A program made the position numbers and the translations under genes. The notes beneath the pieces were generated by a model. That model was given only the letters and a program-made list of their open reading frames with translations, was not told the origin of the DNA and did no database searches. This document shows, piece by piece, positions 30,547 to 44,395 of a stretch of 64,000 nucleotides of DNA. The DNA is taken from assembly GCF_009914755.1 (NCBI RefSeq), contig NC_060929.1; one strand, 5' to 3'. This DNA is from the human T2T-CHM13v2.0 reference genome, Homo sapiens. Numbering within the stretch: position 1 is the stretch's first letter; the number at the start of each line of letters is the position of its first letter.

Positions 30547-33130
30547 AAGAAATATCATTCTTTTACTGTCATTTGAATTACACATATTTCTCCCAATTCT
30601 TCTTTTGTTTTTGAAATTTGCAGCCTTATAAAAATGTCTAGACAAATTCATCAATACATTTATTTACAGATCCTGGACTTTTAGCTGTGCTTAAAATGGT
30701 CTTTCTTATTTTATACTTATAAAAATATGTACCTATATCCTCTTCTAATACTTTAACAATTTTTCTATATTTAAGATATTGGATCTGTCTAAGTTTATTT
30801 TAATGTAAGAAATAAAGTAAAGATCCAGCCTTATTTCTTTCTTAAATAGCTATCCTGTTGCCCCAACTTACAGTCTGTTTTTTCCCACCACTTACAGTCT
30901 GTTTTTTCCCACAAGCATTGAAATGGCATGTAAAATTCTCATGGATATTTGGTTCTCTTTATAAACTACATAATTTCATTGATCTTTCTTCTGCCTTTTT
31001 CTGCACTTCCTGCCCTAGGATTTTTTTTAATTACTATGATTCTATGACAGGTTTTAATATTTACAGAGCTGAGTTTACCCATTTTCCTCATACCCACTCT
31101 TACCATTCCTCTTTATTTCCATTGATCTGGATATTTTTCTCATGGTTATTCTTCCAAATTCCATATTCTTCCATAAATTTGGTTTTGGATTATTTAGCTC
31201 TCCACACAACAAAAACAACAACAACAAAAACCTGTTGGGATTTTAATTAGACTGTTTTGAATTTTCAGATTAATTTGGGGAAAAGTGAAGTTATCTTGGA
31301 TAGAGACTTCCTATACAAAAGCAATCTATGTATCTTCACTTATAGATGTCTTCTTTTATGACCCTTTATAAAGTTTTATAGCTTCTTCATGGTAAGTCCC
31401 ACCAATGCTCAGTTTCTAAAAGTGTTCTGCAGGGAAATTACTATTTCCAATGAGGTCAAAGCATGGAACAAATTCAGTCTGGCATCAAAGATGGAAGCTT
31501 AGTGCTGCAGAAACCATTTCATCCCATCTGCTTTCAACTCTGGGCTTAAGCCAAAAGGTAGCTCCCCTACTGGAAGTTGGAATGGGTCAATCAGTTAATC
31601 AGTGGTAATCAATGGGCACTGACTGCATGCCCAGGCCTGTGCTAGAAGGGCAAGACACAGACCTCATCTTTAAGGAGCTTTTACAGTTCCCAAAGAGTTA
31701 AGAGGCACACCCCCTAACAATGGCATTTTATATTAACCCGTGTACTATGGACTCTCTTTGATGGTAAATAAAAAAGAAGAAGTCTGGAGCAGTCAGGAAG
31801 GGTTTTGGGAGGAGATGAAAACCGAGCTGGGTGTTGGCACATGAATGTCATTTAGGTAAGTAAAGAAGGGAAAGGAATCAAATACAGGCAACAACCATTT
31901 ATTCAGCACCTATTATGAACCCGATACTGAGTTAGGCACATGAAAAGGACGTTATGTGCTCAACAAGTATTTTTACACATTCACTGTAACAGGCTCTGTG
32001 TTGGGTGCTAGAGAAACCAAGACAAATAAGATTGACCCTAGCCTTAAGGAGCTCATGAACAAGAAAGACAAACCCTTAAATAAGTTCAACTGTTATGATG
32101 GAAATCTGTAGAGAGAAGAGCAGAGACTTTTAATCTGGGGACTGTGTACTTCCTGGACATCCGTGGATGAGATTCAGCAGGGCTGTGAGCCCCTGAAATT
32201 ACATGGCACTGAATTATCTGCTTAACCAGTATTGTCAAGTTAAAAGTGACACAAAATTCCTGGCTTCTAGATACTTGCATTTTAATAGCCAGATAAAATA
32301 TATGTGAAGATATCATTACTTCTAGGAGTTGTCATTTGTAGAAGCAAAATAATATTAATTGTAATAAAAATTTTAAAAATGTAAAAAAAAAAAACCATTA
32401 CAAAAAAACCTAAGTACCTAGTTCTGGCCTTCCCCACCCCAGAAGTATTCTCAGAGTTTAGAAATAATATTGCGTATTATGGAAACTAATTTGAGGCCAG
32501 GAAGATTAGCGTTTCGATCATAACTCTACCACTTAATATCTGTGTCATATTGGGTGAGTTCCATACACTCACAGCTTCCATTTCCACATTTGTAAATTGG
32601 GAGTTACGGAACCCAAGGCGTTACACGAGGCACCCTCGTGCCTATTGTGAAGATGAAAACATTAATAGGTCGGGTGTGTAAGTCATCTGGATCTTAGCGG
32701 GTCTTCTCAGGCTGTTCATTCCTGCCTTCTGCTTTCACACTTCAGAGGAAAGTGGTTATGAGAAGAAAGAATTTGAGCCAGGCCTGGAAAGGATGGAGAG
32801 AAAAGGGTATCTCAGACCAGTGTGGACAGCGTGAATAAAGGGAAAGGGGCCAGAAAAGTCAATGCTCTTGCAGAGAATCAGTCCATTGCAGCCACGTTGA
32901 ATAGGTCTTATATTCTAACCTAAGCAGTTTGAACTTTATCCTACAAACTAGAGGAGTCACTGGAGGATTGGGGCCAAGGGGGTCAACCCCATAGTGAGGT
33001 GGCTCTCAGCCCAGCCTGTGCTCACCCATGAATCCCAAGATACACACAAAAATAGTTCTTAAAAGTAAAATTGTAATGCGGGCTAAGGCAATACTTCTCA
33101 CCTCAGGATCTTGTTAAAAAGTAGATTTTG

Positions 33131-33295
33131 AACTGAACATGGGGACACCTGCCTGTAGTTCCAACTACTCAGGAGGCTGAAGCAGGAGGATCACTTGAAC
33201 CCAGCAATCAAGGCCAGTCTGGCCTGGGCAACATAGCAAGTTCAGATCCAGCCTGGGCAATACAGAAAGACCCCAGCTCTTAAAAAAAAAAAAAA
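33131..33295 (+). mobile_element. Alu monomer (FLAM_A-like) with duplicated 3' segment, inserted in a MER5-type element
   Basis: gcctgtagttccaactactcaggaggctga...gcctgggcaa occurs twice; poly(A); TSD aaaaag(t/c)agatt(t/c)tg. Confidence 0.75.
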
Positions 33296-34532
33296 AAAAA
33301 GCAGATTCTGATGCACTGGATCAGAGATTCTGCATTTCTAACCAGCACTCAGGTGCTGCTTATCCATGAACCTCATTTTGCATAGCCAGAGGCTAATGCA
33401 TTTTGGTTTTATTATTTTTATCACTATTATTCATGCAACACCTGCTGGCTGAGTGCCTTTCACGTGTCAGGCACTGTGCTAGGTAGGCCTTGGGCACAGA
33501 GAGAAGAGTCAGACATGAACCCTCTTTTCTAGTCATTCACAGTCTAATCAGAGGAGATGAGAATATAGACCTAAGCAATTGTAATCCAAGGTTCAAAGGG
33601 ACAAATGCCACATTTTAGTTTCAGAAAAAGTGCTTTGACAATTCAGCATTCCCAGTTAAGGGAGAAATTCCCTAGTGTTTAAGGAAATGAATAAATGCTC
33701 CTTTTCCTTATTATTAAACGAGTAAAAACCCACACTTCAAAATTGGATTTTAATTAGAGTCCACCACATACTAGGCATGTGACCTTGTTAACCTCTTAAG
33801 CCTTAATTTCCTCCTCTGCAAAATGAAATACATAGTAGCAGGGCTGTTGGAGAATTACAATAGAGAATGTTTGTAAATGTGGTACCTTAATAACTGGTTT
33901 TGGAATGGAGTTGTTGCAAAAGGTGGCTGTGGTTATTATTGTTTTCAGCATTTGTTTTAAAACTTAACATGGCTCTATTGGCCCAAAGATATTGTATTCA
34001 CTGGACAAGTTTATGATCTCATTCCAGGGTTAAGTGGCAAATAAAAATGGAAAAACCTTGAAGGGAATTTCCAAATCCAAGGAAACCTTCTTTTACAAAG
34101 CTGGTGCTGACAGAAGCAGCATATTATTGTAAATTTTTCCAGTTTTTACTGGACCAAATTGTTTCAGCTGAGGAGATGTGGTTTGCCTGACGGTGTAGCC
34201 AAATGCCCCTAATAAGAGCCACACTGCAAAGGAGTTCCACTCCATTTACAAGAGGATCAAAACAGTTTCTCCACCCACTGACTCCCCTGAGGTCATTGGC
34301 TTGTTTGACACTGACTGTGAAATAAATCAAATCAAATTTATAATCCCAGAGTCCCAGAATGTCAGGGCCCAGAGGGATGTTAGAAACCACCCAGCCCATG
34401 GCTGGCATTTTGTAGACCAGATAAATGATGCTTTAGGTCCCCACGCCACACTGCAGTCTCTGAGCCTGCTCATTGCCTCATTTCTTCAGCCAATATTGAG
34501 TGAAGGCCAATGGATTTAAGAATATGTAAAGT

Positions 34533-34811
<279 letters not shown>

Positions 34812-35242
34812 TTATGCCCCACAGTAAGGAGATAGGGACAGGGGACCACAGGCACATCAGGAACTAACGAGGGGGCTGCTGGGGGCTTAATAACAAAAGA
34901 TTTCATTTAAAAACTGTCTTTCTCAGGGACCTCAGACTGGTGCTGCCATCTGTCTGAGTGGTGCTGCCATCCGTCTGATTTCATTTCAAACCTCTCAAAT
35001 CATCAGGTTTCATTTTCATTTCAAATCTCTCAAATCATCTCATTTCATTTTAAACCTGTCTCTCACCTGTGAGGGACCTCGCACTGGTGCTGCCGTCTAC
35101 CCATTTCTTCATCTGTAAAATAGGGATAATCCCACCCCGCTCAGGGAGCTGTTGTCAGGATTAAATGAAACAGGAGCTAAAAAAGTTGGCGGCACATAAC
35201 AAGGACCCAATACGCACAGCATCTTTTGGCTTGTTTTTCAGC

Positions 35243-35493
35243 TTTTTTTTTTTTTTTTTTTGAGACAAGGTCTCGCTCTATTGCCCAGCCTGGAATGCAG
35301 TGATGCGATCATAGCTCACTTCAGCCTCAACCTCCTGAGCTCAAGCAATCCTCCCACCTCAGCCTCCCGAGTAGCTGGTCCACAGGTGTGGGGGCCACCA
35401 CACCTGGCTATTTTTTTTTTTTTTTTTTTTTTTTACTTTTTGGCTTGTTTGGTTTTTAGCTTTTATTTCTTTTTCTTTTCTTTCTTTCTTTCT

Positions 35494-35526
<33 letters not shown>

Positions 35527-35637
35527 AAACAACGTCTATGTTGCCCAGGTTGTTCTCAAACTCCTGGACTCGTGCGATCCTCCTGCTTCAGCCTTCCAAA
35601 GTCCTAGGATTATAGCCATGAGCCATTGCACCTGGCC
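35243..35637 (-). mobile_element. AluJ-type right arm and left arm separated by a duplicated flank and a long T-rich tract
   Basis: Right arm about 35261-35410, left arm about 35526-35637; see findings. Confidence 0.85.
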
Positions 35638-35861
35638 TTTTAGCTTTTAGATAACATTCATTGGATTTTCCCCAGTTACAGAAGGAATTTGTGTTCATGG
35701 AGAACATTTTGGAAAACACCAAAAAGCACAGAGAAGGAAAATTCACCCATAATTTCCCCACACTCAAAGATAAGCACAGTTGACATTCCAGTACACACCC
35801 TCCCAGACCTTTCTATACATGAGCATTATGTTGAGACTTGACAGTGAATAAACAAAAAAAG

Positions 35862-35883
35862 TATATATATATATATATATATC
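35862..35883. repeat. (TA)n microsatellite
   Basis: Read directly. Confidence 0.9.
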
Positions 35884-38402
35884 CACACACATAAGTATGT
35901 ATATTTTGTTTTCCTGTGAGCTGCATTGTGGTGATTAAGAGCCTCTGTCACAGCTGCCTATATTTAAATTCTAACTCTATTACCTACTAGCTCTGTGGCC
36001 TCGGGCAACTTACCTATATCAAATTTGAGTTTCTGTTCCCCTGTGTGTAAGAATCATGGCCCCCCAGGCCAGCCATGCAGGTTGGACACAGTCATCAAGA
36101 ATTGTTGTAAAGGACAGTATGAATGGTGCCTTCTAGAGCACAGTCATGATGGACTGCCTTGGGAACAGTGGCTGTTGAAGGAGTAACTGGCCCAACAGTG
36201 GTTAAGCACTTAGCCCATCGCCTGGCACAGAGTCAGAGCTTGTTAAATGGTAGCTGCTATTCTACAGACATGCCCTGAGGTTTTGATGAGTGGCCCTCAG
36301 GTTCACGGAGTGTTGAGACCTCCACTGTTCATTGTTCACTGTTCAGATTTGTTGAATGTCAGCTTAAGGATGACCTGCTGGGGCCATGTCCAGCCAAGAA
36401 ATGTTTTTCCCTGTGTATATCCTGCTCAATGTGAGCCTTTGACCCTTGCACTTCTCAGTCCCTCTAAATCGCCCTTGGGCACTCAAAGACTAAGTGATGT
36501 GGGTGGGCTCACGGCAACATCTGTTCCTCGATTTATCCCTCCTCCCCTCACCACCCCACCCCGGAAAAAAAAGAATAAAATAATAGAAATGCTTCCCACA
36601 TGTGGTTTCCCAGGGCTGCACCTACATAGCAGGAGAAATTCACTATGGATTTGGGTGGTGTGCAAGATTGAAATGACATCTAGAGATAGCACAAGAAACC
36701 GTGAGTCACATATTCAGTCAGTCCATCACTGAGCAAATATCTATTTCAGCACCTACTACGTGTGCCAGGGCCTGGGCTCTCCAGAGACAAAGTGGTTCCC
36801 TGTTCACTTCTCTTTCAATCCTTTAGGTTCCTCAGAGAGCAGTGCCTCTCAGTTTAGGGCCAAAATGTCTTCAGCACCTCTCAACCACTGCTAATCTCCC
36901 TTTTCGAGAAAGAGGGAGCAGGCCTCATTCACACCACAGTCTGGAGCTATCCAGGAGGTACAAACATTGTTTTGTTTTCATCTTATTTTCTCCACCATGA
37001 TGTTTTATTTATAGTAAATGATGCAAGTTTTAAAATAGTGATAGAAAGCTTCCTTCAAAAGAATTGAGATACCAAAAACTAATTGACGCAAAGAAAAGCG
37101 CTAAGTAAATGGTGGTCCAGGTGGCAGAATGATGAATGCTTAGCAAGCTTTAGACCTGGGATGGGGGAGTCTCAACCCTTTGAGGGTTACTGATCCCCTT
37201 GAGACCATGACGACAGCTATGGACCCTAACCAAGAAAATATAGGAATGTTGCCCACAATTTTAGCAGGTTCAGGAACCACGTGGAGACCATAATTCAGCT
37301 GGTATTGGAAAGAGCAGTAGGGTAAGTCTCAATGCCCACACAGCACATAGACCTCATCCTCTTCACCACCTTCTTCATCTTGGTAGCAGTGGTACTGGTG
37401 GTAACAGTGGTGCTGGCAGTTGTAACAGTAGCAGCGCTCAAAGCAGTCATCATAGCTATACTTATTGAGTGCTTTCAATGTGCCAGGTACTTACCAAGCC
37501 TGAGCTCACCTCATCCGTACAGAAAATAATTATTACCCTCCCAATTTTCCAGGAAACCAAGCCTCACCAAACTTAAGGATCTTCTCCAAGGTCGCCCAGC
37601 TGAGAATGCCAGGGCTAGGGTTTGAACCCAGATCTACCTACCTGTGATGTCTGAGCAGGTCCTTAACCACTAAACTCCACTGCCTCAATAAATATTTGCT
37701 GAAGCAAATGAATGGCAACTTGAACAGGTCGTGGTGGCCACTCTGCCATTCACCAGTTGAGTGACCTTGAGTGAGTCACTCCCCTCACCCTCACTGGCCC
37801 TCCATTAAGGAAGGAGGCTTCCCAGGCCTGGCGAGCCATGATTCCAAGAGGCAGGGCAAGGAGCATCAGGAACATTCCATGAGCAAGGGAAGCGGAGGCA
37901 GGCTCAGGGCCAGGCTCGGGAACATGCACAGGGGGTTAGTGGCATTGTTAAAGAGCCCAGCGCAGCCCTGACTTCCAGCACAGAGTGTCCAGGCCTTCCA
38001 GGAACCCACACTTCCTGTTGTATTTACTCCCCTCACCCAGCAGCTTCACCCACCACACTCTTCTCCAGTGACAGGTCTGTTTGGCTGCCCAGGGGAAACG
38101 ATCCCTGCCACACATCCTCTTACATGCCTAACAGGCTTAGCATCTTGTTACTTAACGACAGCTTCTTGGTTTCCACCAAGGCAGGCCAGTGCAGCAAACG
38201 GGACCCCCCTAATCCCAGCAGCTACTGTGCTGGCAGAGGAAGAAGGAGGAAGGAGGGGGTCGAAAAATTTGTGGCATCTGTGGCAGCCTGGCGGTCCAGT
38301 CCCTGACCCACACTGCCCCGCTGTGGTGAAAGTCTAGGGAAGCAGGCACGCCCCAGCAGGGATGGGCAAGGCTTTGGTCTCTGACTTCATGAGGGATCTG
38401 AA

Positions 38403-38646
38403 TTTATTTATTTATTTATTTATTTTTTTGACACAGACCAGGCTGTAGAGCAATGGAGCGATCTCAGCTCACTGCAACTTCCACCTCCTGGGTTCAAGCG
38501 AGCATTTTGGCTAATTTGTGTATGTTTAGTAAAGACAGGGTTTTACCATGTTGGCGAGGCTGGTCTCAAACTCCTGACCTCAGGTAATCCGCCCTCCTTG
38601 GCCTCCCAAAGTGCTGGATTACAGGTGTGAGCCACCATACCCAGCC
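38403..38646 (-). mobile_element. AluS with internal deletions and (TTTA)n tail
   Basis: Reverse Alu lacking part of the right arm. Confidence 0.85.
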
Positions 38647-41085
38647 AGAACTCTGAATTTTAAGGCTGAAAAAGACCCAGCTCACACCACTCAATTAAAG
38701 AAAGAAAACAGGCACAAAACTGGAAAGCAGTTCACCCAAAATGATACATGTAGTAAAATAGACCCCAAATATGTTTCCTAAAATTAGATTTCCAGCCCAA
38801 TCAGGGATTTACAGGGACAATAATTATTATTTAGTTAATTACTATTCATGCAGAGTTGACTGAGTGACAGACACCTGGGATCCAGAGTGCTCATAAGGAC
38901 TCTACATGTTTTTACCTTGCTTAATCCTCACAACAATCAGAGAGGTCAGTACTATTATTAGCCCATCTTACTGATGAGGAACTAAGGCTTAGGGACAGTA
39001 TGAAACTGGCCCAAGGTCACATGGCCAGAGCCAGGATTCTATTCCAGGGAGTCCCATTCCAATAAAAAAGGGGACTCCCTGTCAGAAGTCACTGAGGACT
39101 TGTTCAGGGTGCAAAGGAGGACAAAATAAAATGAAATGCAAATGGAACAAGAGGGCAAGATCAGTGTTCACCTACCAAACAAGTGAGGATTAAAAAGGCT
39201 GAAAGAGCCCAGAGGTGGGGAGTTGTAGGGAAAATGTCAGATTCAGGCACAGTTGATAGGTGGGTAAATTAGTACAACCAGTTCAAAAGGCAATTTGGCT
39301 GTCAGGGCTTAAATGTGGAAATGACCCAGTGATTCCTCATGTGAATTTATTGCACAGAAACACCCAAATGTGCATGAAAAAGTGAATGCATGTGGCTTTT
39401 CATCACTGCAGTCCGTAATAGCCAAAAATTGGAAATCACCTATAGAGAAGGCATTAAATAAAACTACCATCTATCCAGACAGTAGGATGTAATGCAGCCC
39501 TTGTGGGGTGGGGAGAGAAGTGAAATAGCACCACGTACTTTGACAAGGAAATATCTTTTACATACTGTAAGCAAAGAGAGCAATTTGGGGAAAGGTATGT
39601 GCAGTATGACCCCATTTTTTTAAATCTGGAAGGATTCCAAATAAAACTGTTAACTCTGATCCCTTCTGCTTAAGTGGAGTATTTTCACTCTAGACTTAAC
39701 AGATTTTTTGTAATACGTATTTTTTAAATTCAGCATGTATTACTTTTGAAATAAAAAAAATATACAAATCTGGAGGGGAAAAGAAAAGAAATGAAGATAT
39801 AGCTCCTTTCCAGAAGGAATTTACAATCTGGGTGATGAACTAGGATTCAGCCAGACCTGGGATGGCTTAACATGAAAAAGCAAACAATAAAATAACAAAA
39901 TATGATCTGCTTGTATGAATTCTATGGGGTACAGAATAAATAAGTCCATCTGAGTTGAGTGGGGCTAATCAGAGCTGAGTTCCTGGAAGAGAATGGGTCA
40001 GGATATAAAGTATATTTAGAAAATGGTCACTATTTATTATTTTCAAGATGTCAGACTCTGTGTCAAGTATTTTACATGGATATTTTCATGTGTTCACAGT
40101 AACTCTATGACATAGATATTGTCCCCATTTTACAGATGGGAAAATTGAGGCTGAGATGGCTAATTAACTCTTCTAAAGCTGAACAGCCAATAACTCAAGA
40201 GAGGTTTCAATACGGGTCTGTGTCATCCCAAGTTCTGGGTTCCAGCCACTTGACCACACTGCCTAATCAGCCAAGGGCAAAGAATGGCCCTTGGCTTCTT
40301 CTTCTCAGAGGAATAAACAGTGTAATGAGCCCAAACCCAAAATGTGGCAGTAAATGCCCATGAGAAAAGTTGGCATCACCCCCTCACCTTTGGCTGAACA
40401 CTTCTCAAGGCCATGGTCCTTGGAGGGTACATTGTAAGAAAACAGAGGCAAAAATCTAGCCCATCATTGTCCCTGACATGGTGCTTCCAGTGTGATGAAC
40501 GTGAAGAACAACCAAAAAACGTATGCCGCGCAGACATAGGGGGAAAGTAAAATTTATGCCCCCTTCCTAATGCTACATGTGTTCTGTTGAATGGCCTCTT
40601 AGCTGCCATGGTGCAACACCACACCCCAAACTCATCTCTGCATTCCCACAGCTTGTCCTCATGCCTAGCACTTAGCAGGAGCTTAGTGTTTGTGGAACGG
40701 ATGAATGAACGAACAAATGAATGGACATATAGCAAGTTAAATAACTATGACTATCATATACTGGTCTCTTGATCCAAAAAAATGGGACCAACAATAGTAC
40801 CTTCCTCACTGGTACCTTCCGATTATAATTATTAAATAAGCTAGTGGTGTGAAGAGTTAGCACAGGACCTGCAGAGCACACACACAAGATAAATGCTGGC
40901 TATGATGAATCTTAGCTATTAGCATTATTGATATTTTTGTAACCTTTAAAAGAGCCAGTTTCTCAGGTTGCATCCCCATTAATCCATTTATCGCCTATTT
41001 CACAACCACCTTCAATGGGGTTGGCACCAAACAAAGTTATAATTTTTTCCTCAACAAACATGCTTTCCTGCTCTAGATCCTGTCC

Positions 41086-41452
41086 ATGGTTTTGCCATGT
41101 TGGCCAGGATGGTCTCGAACTCCTGGTCTCAAGCGATCTGCCCACCTTCGCCTTCCAAAGTGCTGGGATTACAGGATCCCACCTCGGGCCATGGCTCCAG
41201 CCTCCATCCTGGGCCCTGTGTGTCCTCATGCAAAGTAATGTGCTGCCTGTATACACACTCATCCCTGTGTAATGCACAAGGCTTCGAAACTTTACCTCCC
41301 TCACTCTACTTCTTCCCCAAATTTTCTTTTTTGTAGAGACAGGAATCTCACTATGTTGCCCCGGCTGGTCTCAAAATCCTGGTCTCAAGTTATCCTCCTG
41401 CCTTGGCATCCCAAAACGCTGGGATTACAGACTTGAACCACCATGTCTGGCC
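41086..41452 (-). mobile_element. Two Alu left-arm fragments (about 41086-41175 and 41325-41452)
   Basis: ttgccatgttggccaggatggtctcgaactcc...gggattacagg; tttttgtagagac...ccaccatgtctggcc. Confidence 0.75.
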
Positions 41453-42779
41453 CTCTCCAAAATTTATTCTCCAGTTTCCCATTTTGTCAAGGCCAGTTTC
41501 CTATGTTCTTCAGACTCAGTGACAGAAATAAGCCCATCCCTGTGAACAGAGACAACTCCCCACATCAGGGAATACTAGGTGCTCATACACCATAGTTGCA
41601 TTTCAGCTGGGGCCTTCTGTACAGAGTCTTAATCCAAAAGAGTAGCTCCAATGGTGAGACCCAAATCTAATGGTGTGAGTCTTGTCACAAATCGGGTCAC
41701 AAAATAGTGCCCTCCCTTGTCTCACCTCGACCAAACCTAGAAAGTAGCCCACTGCCTCATTTCCCCCAACCTAAAAAGAGGTCAGTACTTACACTTGGCA
41801 CTTACATCCAGGTATGGATAACCCTCTTTCTAAGTTGAACTCCTGGCTGACTTACTCCTGCACCAGGAGCCCAGCCATTGCCCCCCAGCAGCCACTACTG
41901 AGTTACTGGGCAGAGAATTAGGAGTCAGGCTCCTGTATTTCTTCTTCTTGATTATTTGAGGTTTGAAACAGGCCAAATCTCAAATAATCAAGAAAGTGAA
42001 ATGCTACAGAGAAGAAATTCAAGAGCAATCCAAAATCAAAGATGGGAATCCTTGTGGCATCTGTGCCAACCACCTCAGAGATTTCCAGCTACTCTCTAGG
42101 TCTTGGTGTCTCCACCTGCAAACTAGTTGGACTTGGCAGTTGCTAAGATCCCTCCCATTCAGATATGCTCTAAGAGTGTTGGCTCTTCTTTTCACAAATA
42201 GATTCAGTGATGATCCCAAAGACCAGGCCCTTGGGAAGCTCAGTCTGAGAAGTCAGGAATACAAAATATGCCACAAGCCAAGTGGCAGGGACAGAGACAT
42301 GGTTAGAAGATACAAAATGTTCTAGAAAGTATTCCATTTTTTAAGATATTTAAATTTGTATATACAAGAGGAAAAATCTGAAAGTATACACACCAAAATA
42401 TGGTATTTTGGCACTGCAGAGTTTTATATGTGCTTTTAAAATAGTTTCTCTTTTTGCATTTTTATATTTTCTCATCTTTACACAGAGTATTATTAATTGC
42501 ATTTTTTTAAAAAAAAAACACATTTTTATTCAAATAGAATTTAGTCTAAATCCCAGATATATTACAAGCATGCTGTGTGACCTGGGGCAAGTCATTTAAC
42601 CTCTCCAAGTTTCAGCTGACTTATATTTAAAATGGAAATTGTTTTTAATTTAATATTGCCATAAAATGTTTTGGGATCTCACATTCAGAGGGGTGAGTTA
42701 ATCATGTTTCTTATTCATAATGTCTCATCATCATGAGTCTATGCCAGGCCTCTCTCTTATTATATTGATTTATTTCCTT

Positions 42780-44030
42780 TTATTCCCATTCCCATTTCCC
42801 TCTGCCTCCACCCCTAGGCATTCTGTCTTTAACATGTTTTTGTTAATTTGAATGTGTTTTTCCAAAATGCATGTGGTTGTTTGGTGAGCTACTTAAATGG
42901 TATTATGTCATAAATCTCATTCTATTTCCTACTTTTTTCACAAAGAACCATGTATTTCAGATCTTTCCACGTGGTCATGCAGACATGTCACCCTGGGCCT
43001 CTAAATGCTGCATAATATCTAAGAATGCATCTACCCCATTCTACTTTTCCCAGGGAGGGACATCCAGGTTGTCTCCCACCTCCTGTCACTACAAACAATA
43101 TTGCCATGAGCCCCCTCATATATGAACCCTTATGGACTTGTGTGAAAATTCATTGAGATCTGTGTCCTGGAGCAAAATGGCTGGGTCACAAGGTGTATGT
43201 ATACTTAGACCAAGTGCTAGCAGAGTCATCTCCAGGATGTGTGTACAGCCTGTGCCCCCACCAGCCATGAACAAAGCTCCTCGTGTCCCCACACCCCACA
43301 CCCCTGTGTGAACTTGGAACTATGCAGCTTCCTAATTTTTGCCAGCCTATCAGGTATGTCCCTTTGTGGTTTTCGTTTTCGTTGTTGTTTTTGGAGAGAC
43401 AGGGACTTGCTCTGACACCCAGGCTGGAGTGCAGTGCCACGATCATAGTTCACTGCAGCCTTGAACTCTTGGGCTCAAGGGATCCTCCTGCCTCAACCTC
43501 CCAAGTAGCTAGGACTACAGGCACGCACCAACACGCCTGGTTAATGCTTTCTTTTGTAGAGATGGGGTCCCCCTGTACTGCCCCGGCTGGTCTCAATCCC
43601 TTGGGCTCAAGTGATCCTCCTGCCTTGGTCTCCCAAAGTGCTGGGATTACAGGCATGAGCCACTGCACTCAGCCTCTTTGCGGTTTTTATTTGATTGCCT
43701 AATATTTTGATTATCTTTTCATATGTTCATTAGCCCTTGCGTTTCCTATTTTGTAAATTTCCTGCTACTTTCCATTGCCCATGTTTCTACTGGGAACACT
43801 TTTTCTTGCTGATTTGTAAGAGTTCCTCACATATTCTAAATATCAATCCCTTGACTGTTTTGGTCATTGTAAATATCTTCTCAGATTCTTGCCTCATGAT
43901 TCGTCCTTTTGAAGTATTGTTTTTCTTCACCCCTAGATCAAAAAAATAGTCTTTTATGTTGTTCTCTTTTACCTTTAAAACGTTACCTTTCACATTTAGG
44001 TCTTTAATACACCTTCTGTTTTCCACGGAA
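42780..44030 (-). mobile_element. Old L1M fragment interrupted by AluJ
   Basis: ctgggtcacaaggt...ttttgccagcc and ttcttgctgatttgtaagagttcctcacatattctaaatatcaatccc are antisense L1 ORF2-end motifs. Confidence 0.7.
43375..43674 (-). mobile_element. AluJ
   Basis: Reverse Alu; TSD ctttg(t/c)ggtttt. Confidence 0.9.
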
Positions 44031-44395
44031 ACAAGTCGGCATCTACTTCATGACGTTTTGTGAAGGATAAACTAATATCGGGAAAGCACCTAGCACAGTG
44101 CCTGACCCAAAAGAGATGTGCAATTGTGGGCGATTATTGTTATCACTTAGATTGAAGGTGGCAAGTGCTGCCAGAGGAAACTATAGGAGCTTAGATGCTG
44201 TTTAACTAGATCAAGAAAGGTTTCATGGACAAAGGCGAAGTTATTGAGGCTGGCCCTAAAAATGAATGTAGGATTCATTGATTTTGAAATGCAAAGGGAA
44301 GTATTCCGGGCAGAGGAACCGGCTCGGGGAAAGGCCTGGCGGCAGGAACGCTGCAGGTTGACAATGTTGAGGAGAAGCATATTGGGGCGAGAGCT

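Noticed and set aside
34901-35098. Possible CRISPR-like repeat-spacer array
   Set aside because: Eukaryotic DNA, only 2-3 irregular copies, no constant spacers and no cas genes; better explained as micro-duplications.
37332-37529. 65-aa ORF with a hydrophobic, TM-like stretch (VAVVLVVTVVLAVV)
   Set aside because: Derived from a decayed GTG/GTA/GCA low-complexity tract running into a MIR; no splice or promoter support.
44351-44357. Upstream ctgcag|g as an alternative in-frame acceptor for exon 2
   Set aside because: No pyrimidine tract, and a 95-nt offset would shift the frame.
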